Notes under the pieces: generated by a model
The model's database searches: none
What the model was told of the DNA's origin: nothing
The model's input: only the letters and a program-made list of their open reading frames with translations
Made by a program: the position numbers and the translations under genes
Assembly: GCA_047495785.1 (NCBI GenBank)
Contig: JBLDXI010000004.1
Coordinates: 2,790,001-2,854,000 of the forward strand
Length of the DNA stretch: 64,000 bases
Direction: 5' to 3'
Source of the DNA: Lepidodermella squamata
Lineage: Eukaryota; Animalia; Gastrotricha
Shown here: positions 48,870-62,671 of the stretch, piece after piece
Layout of the letters: each line of letters begins with the position of its first letter
Position numbering within the stretch: position 1 is the first letter of the stretch

Positions 48870-50152
48870 ACTGTTTGTCACTCCAAACTTCTTAAGAAGC
48901 TAGCTAGAATAGGCATCAATGGTAATCTCTTAAATTGGATTTCTTCTTATCTCTCAAATCGCTCTCAATTCGTAATAGTAAATAATTCTTCTAGCTCTCA
49001 CTCACCGGTTACCAGCGGGGTTCCTCAAGGCTCCGTCCTTGGTCCCTTACTCTTCCTTATCTACATTAATGATATCGTTCCTATTTTACCTGCCGGAGTT
49101 TCGATTAAACTCTTCGCCGATGATTGTAAGCTCTACATTAAATTCTGCTTTAATAACGCTATTTCTTCTTCTTCCAAATTATTTTAGCTCTCGATAAAAC
49201 TTTTACTTGGATAAACGAATGACAACTTAGCCTCTCTATCGACAAGTGTGGTGTCCTTCATTTGGGCCGTAACATCCGTATTTTTCACATTCTCTCGGTT
49301 CTCATCAATTTCCTACCTGTCACTGAAACAAGGACCTCGGTCTGATCATCGACGACGGTCTCACGTTTCGCCCTCATCTTAACACTATTGTTACCAAAGC
49401 CTATAACTGCGTTAATGCTATTCTTAGAGCCTTTCATGGCCAGTCACCTTCCGTCCTCACCTGGGCTTATCGCGTCTATTCTAGGCCTTTACTTGAATAC
49501 CTACCTTCTATTTGGTCGCCTTACAAAAAATGTGACAAAGAACTTGTTGAAAATGTACAAAAATACTTTACTCGTTGGCCTTGGGCTTCTCTTCTCATGA
49601 TCCTAACCGCCCATCTTATAAACAAAGGCTTTTAATCCTCAAACTAGACTCTTTAGAAAAGCGCCGAATCCTTTTAGATCTGTCTCTTCTGTACAAAATT
49701 TACTACAATGCAGTTGATTCGTCTATTTCTTCTTACACCGAACCCTTATCTACTAAAACTCGCGGTCATTGTCATCGTCTTAGGTATCGTCGACCTGATG
49801 ACCGTTATCGCAATGCTACCTCGCCTCTTTTCGCAAATTTTTTTCTTAATCGCGTTCTTCCCATTTGGAACGAATTACCGTCTCATATTTTTCCTTCTTC
49901 TGACAATTTTGATACTAATCTGACATATTTTAAATCAAAAATACGTAAACTTGATTTTTCTAAACACTGCACTCTTACTAATTAATTTTCACTCCTTCAT
50001 GCTCTTCAAAACTACATTCTCCCTCTTCAGTACTGTTTTATATCATTACATTACCCGCTATACGGTTCAGAGTTAGTGGCCTGCGTGCCCTTCTGTTTCC
50101 TCGAATTTTGTACCATCATATTTTTTTTTCATGAATATATTTTTCGAAATAA

Positions 50153-50181
<29 letters not shown>
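48870..50181 (+). mobile_element. Decayed 5'-truncated CR1-group LINE (RT C-terminal half)
   Basis: GVPQGSVLGPLLFLIYIND..LFADDCKLY at ~49015-49140 with stops and frameshifts; YKQRL..LDSLEKRR..TRGH..FFLNRVLPIWNELP; (AAT)n tail at 50150-50181. Confidence 0.88.
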
Positions 50182-50183
<2 letters not shown>

Positions 50184-51329
50184 TCATTCGATAGCTTGAA
50201 ATACTTTCTACACCTTGGAAGCAGTTATTTGTCAAATTTAGACAAAAAAATTGACAAAAAAAATGATCTTTGATTCGAACATGCATTTTCATGTGACGAC
50301 GTGAAATTTTGCTGGAAATTGGAAATTGGAAAACAATTTTTATATTTTTCGATCAAGGTTCAAATCAAATCATAAGTCCGTTCCCCCGGTTTTAGTTATT
50401 ATGCAGAATAAAATTATATTGAGGGTAATCACGGTGTGCGCCGCCGCCGTTAACCGGGTCATGATAGATTTATTAAGGCATCAACCTGTGTGGCTGCCAT
50501 TGTCGAGAGAATATTAAAGATTTGGGAGGGGCGAACAACGTTCCCCTCCAAGATGGCTTGGAGGGGAATTTCAAAGGGTAGTGATTCAAACCGACTTGAA
50601 CCATTCATGCTCAGCGCAGAGCTGCCAAAATGAACCAAATTAATGTCCTAGCATGGTTTTTTACTGGATACTTTCCCCCCTCCCAGGAGCCGGTGGTAAA
50701 CTCCCATCAGAGAGATGCTCACCACCCTGACCCAAAAGCTTGGTCCAAGGAAGCCCAAGGTTGGACCAAATCCTGAAAAAGAAATTTGGGCCCACTTAGG
50801 CCTTATTATTGCGCCACTACATTGGTGCCCCGTTGGGCCAGAAAATGATGAAAATGTTGACGCGAACTTGCGCCAAAGTGGGGCAAATGATAGTCCGAGT
50901 TGGTGCCATCTCGGCGCATTTCTGGCGAAAATTAGCCTTCAATTAGTGTCAAATAACAACTACCTCAAATGCTTCATATTTCTGCTTCACTCGAGTTTTC
51001 ACCGGGAAAAGTCGTTTTTGCGTATCTTTCTTCCATTTTATTGCATTTTCTGATAGCAGATTTGGAAAGTTCGAAGCTTTGTCGGCTAAATTACTTTTCG
51101 GCATGGGAGCGGCACTACTTTCCGATGTTTCGAGCTGGAATCGCCAAGGTAAACCAAGGTGAATCTCACTTGAAACACCGAAAAGTTGATCGATCCCATG
51201 ACGAAAAGTAGTTCAGTCAGCAAAGTTTCAAACTTTCCAAATTTTTGAATTACAAATTTCAGAATCATCAAGATCATCATAAAATAGAGATTCAAGCTTC
51301 TAAGTTAGAAATGAGAAGGTTTTCGTATT

Positions 51330-54300
51330 TCAGTTTTTTTCGGCAAGTTCAGATTCAGCACCGTTATTAACCGGACATGCCAAGCCGCCAAACTCCCGCC
51401 GAGAATTTTGTGCCATTGTGTGCCGTTGCGTGAAGCTGGTTCGCTGCTGCCGGTCAGGAATTGAGGAGGCTGGAATTAAAAAATTGAAATCAGCAAAGTT
51501 GATTAATCGACTGGATTTTGAAATATCAGATTTTAACAACATTTCGAGGTATTTTCTCAAACAAAAATTTCGAAAATTTCCCTGCAGAAACACTTTACCT
51601 CAATTTTTGATTGTCATATCAGGCTTGCCAAGGACAAGATCGTTCAACTGTGTCAAACGCTCTTCCAGGAACTAACGCTGCTCGATTCTCTACGGCCGTA
51701 GTAAAGAAAGGAATGAAGTCAATTTATGTTTTCGTCAAGATGAACTCACCACTTCCAGTTGTTGACGGTACGTCGTAAGCCCCAAACAGCAACCTGATTG
51801 ATTCAGTAGAGTCATTATCCAGACCTGCCAACCTGTCAGAACCCGGCCGAGTGGCTTTCGCGTCGTTGAACTTCGATTCTGTTTCGATGATGCGTTCTCG
51901 AAATCGAGGCGGCTGAAATACAATTCGAGCTTGAGAAATATCGACTGATCAGATGTTTTTTAAATATATTTGATTCTAACAAAAATTTATTACCTTGAAA
52001 ATTCAAAATTCAAAATTGTGCAATATTTTCTAATTCTATAAGAAGCAAAAAGAAAATTTGATTGAATTTTGTTTGTCGGAAAAAGATCATGAATAATTTG
52101 TCAGGGAACATTCTTAGAAATTCCAAGAAATGGCATTGCGAAAATATACAACCTCGAAAATTGTACTATTTTATCAAGTAAATTGCGAAGAAATTCGAAT
52201 TTTTTTATCAAAAAATCGAAATTAAAAAAATAAATACAAAATAATTTTACAAAATGATTTCAATTAAAAATTCCCTGGAAATAAAACAAAAAAATTGGAT
52301 GTGCGAAAATTTACCTTGATTGATCGCTGGAAAACGCTGGAAATAAATCGATGCTTTTCCTATCGAAAAGACGTCAAGAGAAAAACAAATAAAAATCACT
52401 TATTTTATTGCGGATGAGACGTATTTATTAAGGCGACGTTTCAAGTCGCCAGCGGCGAGTGAAGCGAGATAATGAGCAGATTAGGAGATTAGCGAGATTA
52501 AGAAAAGTGAAAAAGTGGAAAAAGATCGGTCGTGTTATATCGGGCTCGGCTTTGAGCGGGTCATTCGATATCGCCGTACATTTCGTCACCTTGCTGCGCT
52601 TCCTCTGGCTTAGGGCGATTTCGCACCCAGTCCGCAAGTTTGGAGAACACCTGTTTCTCTTCGTCTTCGTTGAGTTGGCAAGCCTGGCGAACCGCCACTA
52701 AATGAACACACGAAAACACGGTTTAAAATGTTTAATATTGACGCTAGAACTTACTGTGAATTTGTCCCTGCTTCGTGACATCAAGAAGCAAATTAGGAAA
52801 CACGGTCTTTCCCAGATTTGAGGCGGTGCCGCTGAGATTTCGTTCGTACAGCTCTGTAGGTGTGAAGAGCAGAATCGCCAGTTGCCTTGCCATGGTGTAT
52901 CCTCGCTCCACCTTGTTGGTGATTTTCTGTAGTCCAATGACCTGCTCCTTCGGATAGACGAGACCTTCACCGAAGACGTAGTTGCCCTGGTGGTGATAAT
53001 AGTTAACAAAAAAAATTAATTATTTTTTTTATTCAAATTCCATGGTAAATTTTTCGCGAAAATCGAACCAAAAAATCGTGAAAAATTCATTGTGAAAAAA
53101 GTAAAATTTCAAATCGGTATTTACTAATTTGATTTAATTTTGAAGTTTTTCGGTAAAGTTTTTTCAATTCATTGAAAAAAAATTCTAAAATTTTGTGATA
53201 AATAAAAAAATATTCTAAAATTTGTCAAATGCGCGATGATCCATTTTCGATCAAAAAATGGGTTACCTTTTTGTTGATAAAAGACCCGTCATCGCTCATT
53301 TTGGTGACGGTTTCCTTGATATCAGTGATCAGCTTGCCGTGTTCTTCCATGGTAGCGCCATGTTTCTTCAATTCAGCCAGAATTTGGTCGAAGAACGGAT
53401 CATTAATGGGTTGAAACGGATCGTTCGCTCGATTGGTAATGCAAGGCGGCGCGATTTCGCGCGCCGGTATCGGGTCGACAACTCGGGCAGGGCCGGTGCC
53501 CGGACCGGGTCGTTTTGCGACTGTTGCACCGGCGCGCCCACGCCCACGTAATTGATTCGCGTTCGCCCGACCGCGAGGAGCAGCTGAACGATGACTGAAG
53601 TCAGAGCTCGTTATTCCAGAATGCAGCCTCGACTGGCTCTGCTGAACTTCACTGGGTCTCTGTAAAGAAGATCCGTGGAATCAGGTCGTATTGGCTTCAA
53701 ATTTTCAAATTTTCAAAGGTTAAAAAAATTTAAATTTAAAATATAGATTTTAGTTGTCTGGAAAACTTCAGAAATTCCCGGCAATTTCCGGGAAAAATCG
53801 CCGGAAAAATCCATCTTATAATTTTGTAGCTGAATTATTATTTTTCTCAAAATCAAACTCTATAACGCTGAAAACGGCTTACACGTGAGTTATCACCAGT
53901 AATGATAACATCATCTGTGAAATCACCTTCTCGATTGGTTCCGTAATCATCTTCATCCGGCAGTAAATTCGGGGACGATGAGCCGTCAAAATCATCATTT
54001 GTATTTTGATAGCCCTCGTAATCATTAAACGATCCAGATGCCTAGAAAATAAATCGGAAATTATAAAATGTGGCTATATTTTTCATATAAGTTAAAAAAC
54101 GCATTACCTAATGAAAATTTTCGGCATATTTTTTTGTAAAATCAAGGTTTATATTATAAAAAATCAACGATTTCACGATCTGAAAAAATCGGTATAGGTG
54201 AATTTCAAGAATACAATTTCTAATTTGAGGACTAATAGGTAAGCAAATTTTTCTTACGCCTGAGGTTGAAGGCTGTTCGAAGGTCTCAGTTTTGACCTTT

Positions 54301-54681
54301 TTTGTCGGAGTGTCGCTAGCACCCTATAGATTAAAACAAATAGGAATTTCGAATTTTTTGAATAATTCTATAAAAAAAAGCATACTTCTAAGGCTACACA
54401 GACATCGGTGGCCCGCTTGATTAGAGCTTCCTTCTGCTCGGCAGTATTCGCTACAAAACTTAGTAAAATAAAATTTTGTACTTGTAAAAAGACTGCAATA
54501 TTCGAAAAACCTATGGCCTCGACCACACATCTGTATGACTTATGGTCGCGTACATTACACCGGCATTGAGTCCGACCTTCAGCTTCTCGTTGGCTTTCAT
54601 TAACATGGCACTCGAATTGACTAGAGATAAGCAGCCTTTGAACTCCGGGTAATCCGGCCACTTGATAAGCACGTAAGCCAT
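51330..54681 (-). CDS. Multi-exon accessory gene with a BEN-like domain (frameshift in exon 1; 3' end approximate)
   Basis: Starts MAYVLIKWPDYP at 54681. Exons 52986-52755 and 52697-52590 give YTMARQLAILLFTPTELYERNLSG...LLDVTKQGQIHMAVRQAC...VFSKLADWVRNRP, a BEN-domain pattern. Confidence 0.6.
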
Positions 54682-55051
54682 GTTGTCGCAGTAATACGGA
54701 CGATGATAATAATAAGTTGCACTTGAATGTGTTAAAATTCAAAGCAAAATCGAATCGAAAATTGAACACTGAAAATTAGAATATATGGCTTTTTATATTT
54801 TTGAAATTACGTGTGTGTATGTGTAACAATGGAGAATCAGGATAATGTTTGTTACGCAATAAATAAAAATAGAGTTTATTTTCATTAATGCAAATAAAAT
54901 TCTTAAGAAATTTTTTCCTTTGAACTTTATATCCTGCAATCTGTCTTCTCCATCCATTTCTAGTGTTGTGGGCCAAATATTTACATTTCAAAATTTTCAG
55001 CAATTTCAATAAGGATGTCTCGAATTTTTTTTAATTTTTATAGGCATTTTT

Positions 55052-56213
55052 ATGAGTGGACAGCCTCCGATTCTGAGGAAGAACTGGAACTACGAAGACG
55101 GCGTCCCGGATAGCACTCTTCGCCACTGGGCGAAGAAAACCCCAGTTATCGATCCACGAGCTCAAGCGGCAAGATTTCAATCTCCCCACGTTGATCAGCC
55201 CCAACCAGCCCAAATCATCGACCTGACAGGGTCCGACGGGTCCGACAATGAATCTGTGATTGAACCGGAGGATGAATTGCCAGCGGATAACTTTGACCCG
55301 GATATGTCAGATCTGGTGGACAGCGTTGATGGCGACGAAAGCATGCCGTTTCAACACTTGCCCCATTCTAATGAACAGCTGCATGGCTTGAAAACGACTA
55401 TGACCTTCGGGTGCCTGCTGTTCATGTTGATGGCTTTTTGCATACGATTCAAGCTTTCGTGGACCGCTATGGAGGCGCTCGTTGGTATTTTCGTTCAAAT
55501 TTTCCCTGAAGCCAATTTTTTCCAACAAATTAATACGATACACAAATTACGCAGGAAATTGCTGCCCTGGCACAAACAAGTTGACATGGTTTACGTTTGC
55601 AATTGCGTAAATTCTCAACCTAGAAAGCTCAACAATAATGGAATGAAACGGCGCTGTCTGAGATGCAAAGCCGGCGGGTCATTCAGCTGCATTCCTCTTA
55701 CAACTCGAATAGCAAGCAGCTTGAAAAATCACCCAGAACTAACAGGCCCGTTAGAAACTAAGTTTTTTTTCGACGGCGTTAAGCCCTTTCATTCCACGGC
55801 TCGCAGTATCTGGTATACTATTTTTTAAATTGCTGGTCTCAGTGTGCGAAGTAGGATGCTCGAGTTGGGGGTACTTTCAACCATTTTCTGGCGCGAAATT
55901 TCAGACCAAAGGGTCCCCCCTGTGGTTTTTTTCGGTTTTTCTTGCCGAGAATTCTCGAGCTGGGAGTACCGTACTCCCAGTCTCCCCGCTACTTCGCGCA
56001 CTGGCTGGTCTGGATCAATTTTTTCTAACCGGAATTTACGTCGGCTATGGACACCCGGATGCTAATCAGGTTCCGAAACCGTTCGTCGAAGAAATTCGCC
56101 AGTTACTGGACACCGGGGTGAAATGTGGCAATACAACCGTACAGCTTCAGTGCCCGTTTTGCTGTTGCGATGGCCCCGCAAATCTGAAATTCGGAATGCC
56201 ACGTATCCGCAAG
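55052..56213 (+). CDS. CMC/EnSpm (Tnp2-like) transposase, 5' exons
   Basis: YVCNC..RCLRC; FFDGVKPFHSTARSIW; LTGIYVGYGHP...KPFVEEIRQL..G...CCCDGPA. The following intron contains the nested element. Confidence 0.75.
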
Positions 56214-57922
56214 GTATTATGATAAATTTTGTTGCTTTATTTTGATGAAATTTTGAAATATCAAAATTTTGAAAATTCCGAAAATAGAATTGAAATAAAA
56301 TTGGAAAATCTGTCAGAAATTTATCAAAATTAGTTAAAATTATTTTAATATCAAACATAAATTTTCAATTATTGTTTTACACATGTGTCATCGGTGGCAC
56401 TTGACAACCTTTTTAAATCTTGCCGAAACCATGCTTTAGCAGCCTTAGAAACGACTTGAAATATCAGAGCAAAAATCGTAGAAAGTAAGAATGTTTTTCG
56501 GAATTAATCCTTTTTTCTTATGGAAAAAGTTGACATTAAACCGTAGGGTTTTAACAATTTCGAACACCTCGTGGAGGAATTCAGTGCCGGTTTGTTATCA
56601 GCCCAAACTATTGATTTCTCAGGATGGCGAATACCAAAGTTCGATATTTTCGATTTTTTTTCGATTTGTTTCAATGCCGTCTTATATCATCTTATATCAT
56701 TCGAAGGCCCAAATACCCAAGGAAAAAAAAGGGATCATCCTGGCCTGATGTAGATGTCATCTACATGAGACCGTCACATCTCGGCTGCATGTAAGACACA
56801 TGTAAGATGCATGTCAAACAAGTGTTCTAGGTGGGTACAAGATGCATCTTAGATAGCTTGGGCATTCGTCTAGGTACAATCTACAATGAATCTTAAATGC
56901 AGCTCTGATGCATCTTACATCGGTCTTACATGAGTTTTACATCAGCAATTGATGCATCTTGTATTAGTGTTTGGTTGCATCTTGGATGCATCTTACACAT
57001 ATCTTAGTTGAATAAGAGACAAGTCTGAGGCTGATGTTTATAAAATATGTGAGATTCCCTGTAAATTGCACTGCGCACTGTCTGGACTTTGATTGTTAGC
57101 TCATTTGTGCTGAAATAAAAATGAGGCACCCTAATGAATGACTTGGAAAATAACCCGCCGCAGTGCAACTAATAATAACTAACACTGCGGCAAAAGACAA
57201 CCTAGAAAAATTACGCTGTTTTAAAAATATTTTTCGATTAAGATATTAATAATTTATTTTTGATTGAAAATTTATTTTCTCAATTCTACAAATGATTTTC
57301 ACATTTTGCCGACGTGGCAGTTATAACCGTTTTGGGTCATTTTCAGCCGTTATTTTTTTTAGCCGCGTTTTTCAAATTTTCAAACCTGAATAGCTTTCCC
57401 CAGCCCACACTTCTCACCTATACTATACTGCTTAATGCTTAGTACTACGTGGCTAATGGTTCATGCTGCAATTTCAAACGCATCAAAATGTTTTTTAATA
57501 GAACTTGGATGCTCACTTATTTTGAGTACACATGTTGTTTTCTATAAGCTCAGTCCCCCTGAATCCATCATACTATTCATCATATTTATTTTCTTGCTCC
57601 TAGATCGAGTGTGTTCCGCTGGCAATACACTTTGCCCGGCATACGAGTAATTTAGTATAAACTAAACTCAGAATGCAGGAACACCTTTGTGGCACGATTG
57701 ACATTGTAAGTACTGAGTAAAACAACAGCGAGTGTTTCGCGCTATTATTTGTACTCATCGCGTGCCAGCAAATCTTGATTTTACACAGAAAATCGCGATG
57801 ATAAAAAAAATTTATGTTACTGAGCGCGCAACGAAAACTACTTTGTTTATGCAAGAACAAGTTGCGCGGAATACCTTATTACGATTATTTTTCAACTTTT
57901 AGAATTTTTTGTTTAAAACTGC

Positions 57923-60900
57923 ATGTCGTCGTCTCAGTCTTCTCAGCAGTCTTCATCGGAAGCATCGTCAGCTGCGTCACAACAAACGACGACAACACGC
58001 TCCGACGAGTCTTCCGAAGAATCTTCGCTGAGTCAATCGAATTCGTCTGAATCGCAAGAAACGAAAACATCATCTTCACCTTCGTCTTCGTCTTCAGAAG
58101 GTCAATCGGAAGAGAAAGATTCAGATACCTCTCAGCCATCTCAGCTATCTCAGCCATCAACGGATACACACTATGAAGAATCTGTAGAAGAAGAACAAGA
58201 AGAATCAGACGAGTTCAATTCTAGTGAAACTGTCAGCCGTAAGCGACCTCATTCTCCCAGTTTTAACGAAGAAAGCGTCGACTACCTCGAACCCACATCG
58301 AACAACCAGCCTGTTGGCCCAGACTTACAAGCCTGGCAGTTGGTCAAACAGTAGTTGACGATCTCGATTTTTCTTCGCAAGTGCATTCTGCGGCAGAAGA
58401 AACGCATCCTATTGATAACGATAACTCGGGAAACGATAACTCAGATGCGGCTATTTCGGGTTGTAACGAGATGCCAGTAGTCACTCAGATGGATCCGCAG
58501 GTCATCGATTTGAACTGCTCTCAAAAGGGCTACTCTACGCCGAGTCATTCATCAATCCATGGTGAGTTTTTATTAGAGTTTTTAATTTTCTATAATGAAC
58601 ATTTTTGCTCATTTTGTAGAGTCGTCTAAGCCTGAGCTCACTATCCATTCGTCACCTGAGATAGCTATCGCAAGCACAGCTCATCCGCCTCGAGGTAATA
58701 GCTCATTTTCCCATGATCAAAGTCAAGTCGTAATTATATTTAAATGCCCACTTTCAGGCGAGTATCACTCCGAGTTCAGCGATGAAGAAAATTGCGTACT
58801 TGGTCACCTGGTTGGCGGTGCAAATCCCGACTTCGGTGGGGGTGATGGCGATGATGGTGATGATGCTCGAGATATTTGCAGATAATGACGAAGATGACGT
58901 ATCCAGCAGCGATGAAGAGTACGCTTTCAATCTACCTATCTTGGCTGCTGGAGGTGATCAAGGTGATGATGACGGCGGAAGCGATGACGATGATGACGAG
59001 AGTGATGAAGACGACGGAGGCAACTTGCCCGGTGGCGGTGGGCACGAGGATGGCCTACATGTCGACTTTGAATTTCACAGCACCGTGCCGTCATGGAATC
59101 ACATTCATCCACCAAACGGCGGCGATCGCCCACCAAACGCGTATCTGGACTTGTTTGAACTCGAACAAACCAGCCTCTCAAGGCGACAGATGACCATGGC
59201 GATCGAAATGGTGCGTCGCCATGCCGCGCCAGGTTCTGACGTTCCCAGCTCGTATCACATGCTGCGCAAGCGGATAAGGGAAATGTTTGGCGATTCGAGA
59301 ATGACCAAGACAAAAATGTGTGCTCATTGCTGCCAGCCCCTGAACCCCGATGGCCAATGTCCTCAAGAAGGTCAAGGTTGCCCGCATCCAAGACCGCGGC
59401 CTGGCCGAGTGGCCTACATTGTGCTACCATCTATTGCTTGGCAAATTTTTGTCGTTTTGAGGGACTATTGTCTTGAATTGAACGTGGCGCAGCCGAGACC
59501 TCCTGGTACCATCATTCACCTGGACATAGCTTTGCGACTGAATGCCGACGGCGCTCCGATTGGCAAACGTGGCAACGTCAGTATCTGGCCGACTACAGCC
59601 TCCGTTGAATGTTTGCCTAAATACTGCCGAGCCAACCCAGCCTGTTTGTTCGTTCTAGGGCTGTGGCAAGGAATCAAAAAGCCTGCAATGCAGTTCTTTT
59701 TGCGTCAGTGTTTACGACAACTTGATCGATTTCAAGGGCGCGGGCAAATTATGCAGTTTGCAGAGAATGCCGTCTTTCGTGTCACGATTTCTCTTGACAT
59801 TTTCGTCGGGGATACGCCTGCACGATCAGATGCGCTTAATGTTACGGCTCATAACAGTGAATATCCCTGTCCGGACTGCCATCAGCCGGCTATTTACGTG
59901 AATGCGATGCGTGCCCACAAGATGCCATTCGAGGTTGCCGGAACTTATCCGCTGCGAGGCGACAACGAAATTTTCGAAGTAGCAGCCACTCTTCACCCGG
60001 GTGACGAACCAAACCACGGTGTCAAGCCGTCTGATGAACCGTTAGCCTTAGCGGAGAAAGGCGCCGAAGCTCCATACGATACACCTGGCGATACACTTCA
60101 TGTCGGTTGGGAAGGCAGTGCCAAAGCGCTCCTTCTATCTGTTGTTCACACTCAAGACTTGATCACGCCCGAACAACATCGCCAGTTGAAACGTCGACTA
60201 TGCAACACTCACGTGCCATTGCAGCTCATTGGCACTCGAATTGAATCGCTCGAGGAGAAGTATGTAGCGAAGAATTTCCACGCCAAGCATTACAAATGCT
60301 TTTCGATGACAATCGGTCCAAGCCTTTTGATGGATCAAGTTGCGCCGTCCTATTTTATGCTCTTCTTAACGTTTCAAGTCGCAATGAGGCTGTTGCTGGA
60401 CATTGATGAAGTCGAGCATGATGAAGATCAACGACTACGCGATATCAATACTGCTGCGACGCTAATTGAAAAGTATCGCTACATTTATCCCCGACTGTGT
60501 GGTGGTCTTCGACTGGAGACTTATCTCTTGCACTGTTCGGGCCACCTCGCAATGTGGGCAGCGAGGCATGGCTCCATCGGCTGGTTCTCCACATTTTTCA
60601 GCGAAGGCTCTCTATCGTGGTTCACACGGGCGTTCAACGGAACGCGCGGCCAAGCAACGCAGATTCTAACGCGTTTCGCGTATTTTCAGCTGAAAAACCG
60701 GCCATTTGCTACCGAACGCCATGGCTCGCTTTCTAACCATCTACCCGTCTTCATGGTCGAATTACAAGCCTTGCAAGCTGTACGTCAAGCTCTAGGCGTC
60801 GCCGAGTTGCCGGAAATATTCGGTTTCTTCGCTACTGCCCAGCTGTTTCATCAACGTTATGATGGCAGTTTGTTGCACATCGGAGCACCGCGTATTCTTC

Positions 60901-61316
60901 CTCGGTCACACGCTGTGCTATTCGTTCATCCTACCACAGGTGTTGTAACAGTCGCCGAAATTATGTGTTTTTTCTATGGCGATGGCGGCTCTGTATTTGC
61001 TGTTATGAAGAAATACGAAATTGACGAATCCGAAATTTTGCTCAATCGCGTAAATGCTCTTCCTGAGCATTTCAATTTCGAGTACGAGGAGCTACTGCTG
61101 GGTCTACTTCAAGCCTTCGCAAACCCCCGCGCCGTACGAGCTGCCAGATGCTATCTCATTGGCGACATATCAGCTAATCGCCCAGCCGAGTACGAGGCTC
61201 TGAGGGTTGATAATAATATCGAAATCACCAAGGAACGTGTAGTTCTATTGCCAGCATCACATCAAAATTTGAATCGATGCTATGCCATTCCTTGGCATCT
61301 CGACGAGGAGAATTGA
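57923..61316 (+). CDS. CMC/EnSpm transposase with an acidic Ser-rich N-terminus (multi-exon, frameshift near 58330)
   Basis: LNADGAP...SIWP, GLWQGIKKP, VGDTPAR..HNSEYPCPDCH, GDTLHVGWEG, HCSGHL..HG..STFFSEG. Confidence 0.85.
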
Positions 61317-61420
61317 ACGAAAGTCTATTTTTTTATTATTCTGAATTTTCTGAATTTCATTTTTTTTGTATCACTTTCTGAAATGTTTTTCGATGTTTAG
61401 GTTGTTTAAGTTGTTTAAAA

Positions 61421-62671
61421 ATGTCGGAAACTCCAGCGCCGCAAGGGCAAAAGCGGGCGTCGTCCCACAAAGTGTTGAACGAATCTCAGTTGGCGGATGT
61501 TTTGAAAAAGAAGTCTAAGAAGGGCGGCCCGTCTGTTACCCTGGAAAGTATTCACAATGTGAGTTTCTTATCGTTTAATTGTTTAATCTTGATTTTACAC
61601 TTTGCGTGTATGTTTCTTTTCGTCTTCGCCTTCTATTATTCTGTCAATTTTCATAATAAATTCAAGAATTTATTTGCTGATTATTCTGCCAGGCTGTGCT
61701 AAGTGAAGGAGCGCAGCAAAGTCAACGTCATCGTGAGCCCGTTCTAGATGGTTTTGCGCCTCTAGATGATAGGATTGCCCGAGTTGAGGTAATAAATACG
61801 ACTATGCGGAAGATGAGTATATTTTTTCTATTCTTCTTTCTCGCAGGCTGATTTGCAAAACGAAAAAAATGAATCGGGACAAGCTGAAAATCGCCAGGTG
61901 TGTTCAATATTCATTCAATGGTTCAATAAACTTTTAATCGTGAGCATTTTTGTTAGACTGCAAGACGAAATCTGGAATTACCCGATGATTTGCCTACCGT
62001 AGTTGTTGCAGCTGCCAAGGTTCGAGATGTTTAATTTGTGCGATCACTTAATTTATTTTTGCGAATGTTTTTCAGAAAAAAGACCCCGCCAAAAAACTGC
62101 AACCAAAAATAACAGGAAAAATGGTGAGTTTCACTCTTTGATTTAATTTGTGTTGTTGTTGTTGCTGTTGTTGTTGTTACATTTATTTGTCTTATTTAGG
62201 ATATCACCCTGCCCGGCGCGACCGAGTCGATAGACATTTTTGCCATGCTGCGTACTGCTTGCCGTGGGACAATCGAATTGAACCGTTTTGCTGTTGCAAT
62301 TGCCCGAATTGTTTTTGGTCCCGATTTTGGTCGTTACCTGTTATTTCCTGCTTACGGCCAGCGCCTTGAAGATCGGCCGCCGTTTCCTGTTGGCGACGTG
62401 CGCCCGCGTATGTGGCAAAGTAAGAATATTTTATTATTTTATTAGCGTAAAAAAAATAAGCATTTATTCTCGCCGTATAGAAGTGATCGAGGCAGTATTT
62501 GTTGATCAGCTCGATCAGATCGATATGAGTAATGCCATTAAGGCTGTGAATAAAAGTGCAGCCCGCGATGCCGCTAACAAAGACCGAACGTTAGGAGCCC
62601 AGCTTTTGAGGGCCATTCGGGCCAAAGAACTGGTTGTTACTAAACCATCAGACGACGAAAGCGCCGATTAA
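61421..62671 (+). CDS. Accessory multi-exon gene of the inner element with a BEN-like C-terminus
   Basis: MSETPAPQGQKR start and several short GT-AG exons, then NRFAVAIARIVFG..YLL..G..DRPPF..MWQ|EVIEAVF...AIKAVNKSAAR. Confidence 0.6.

Noticed and set aside
58782-58880. Signal-peptide-like start MKKIAYLVTWLAV of the 844-aa ORF
   Set aside because: Probably intron or alternative-frame sequence upstream of a tttgcAG acceptor near 58880. The protein is a transposase.
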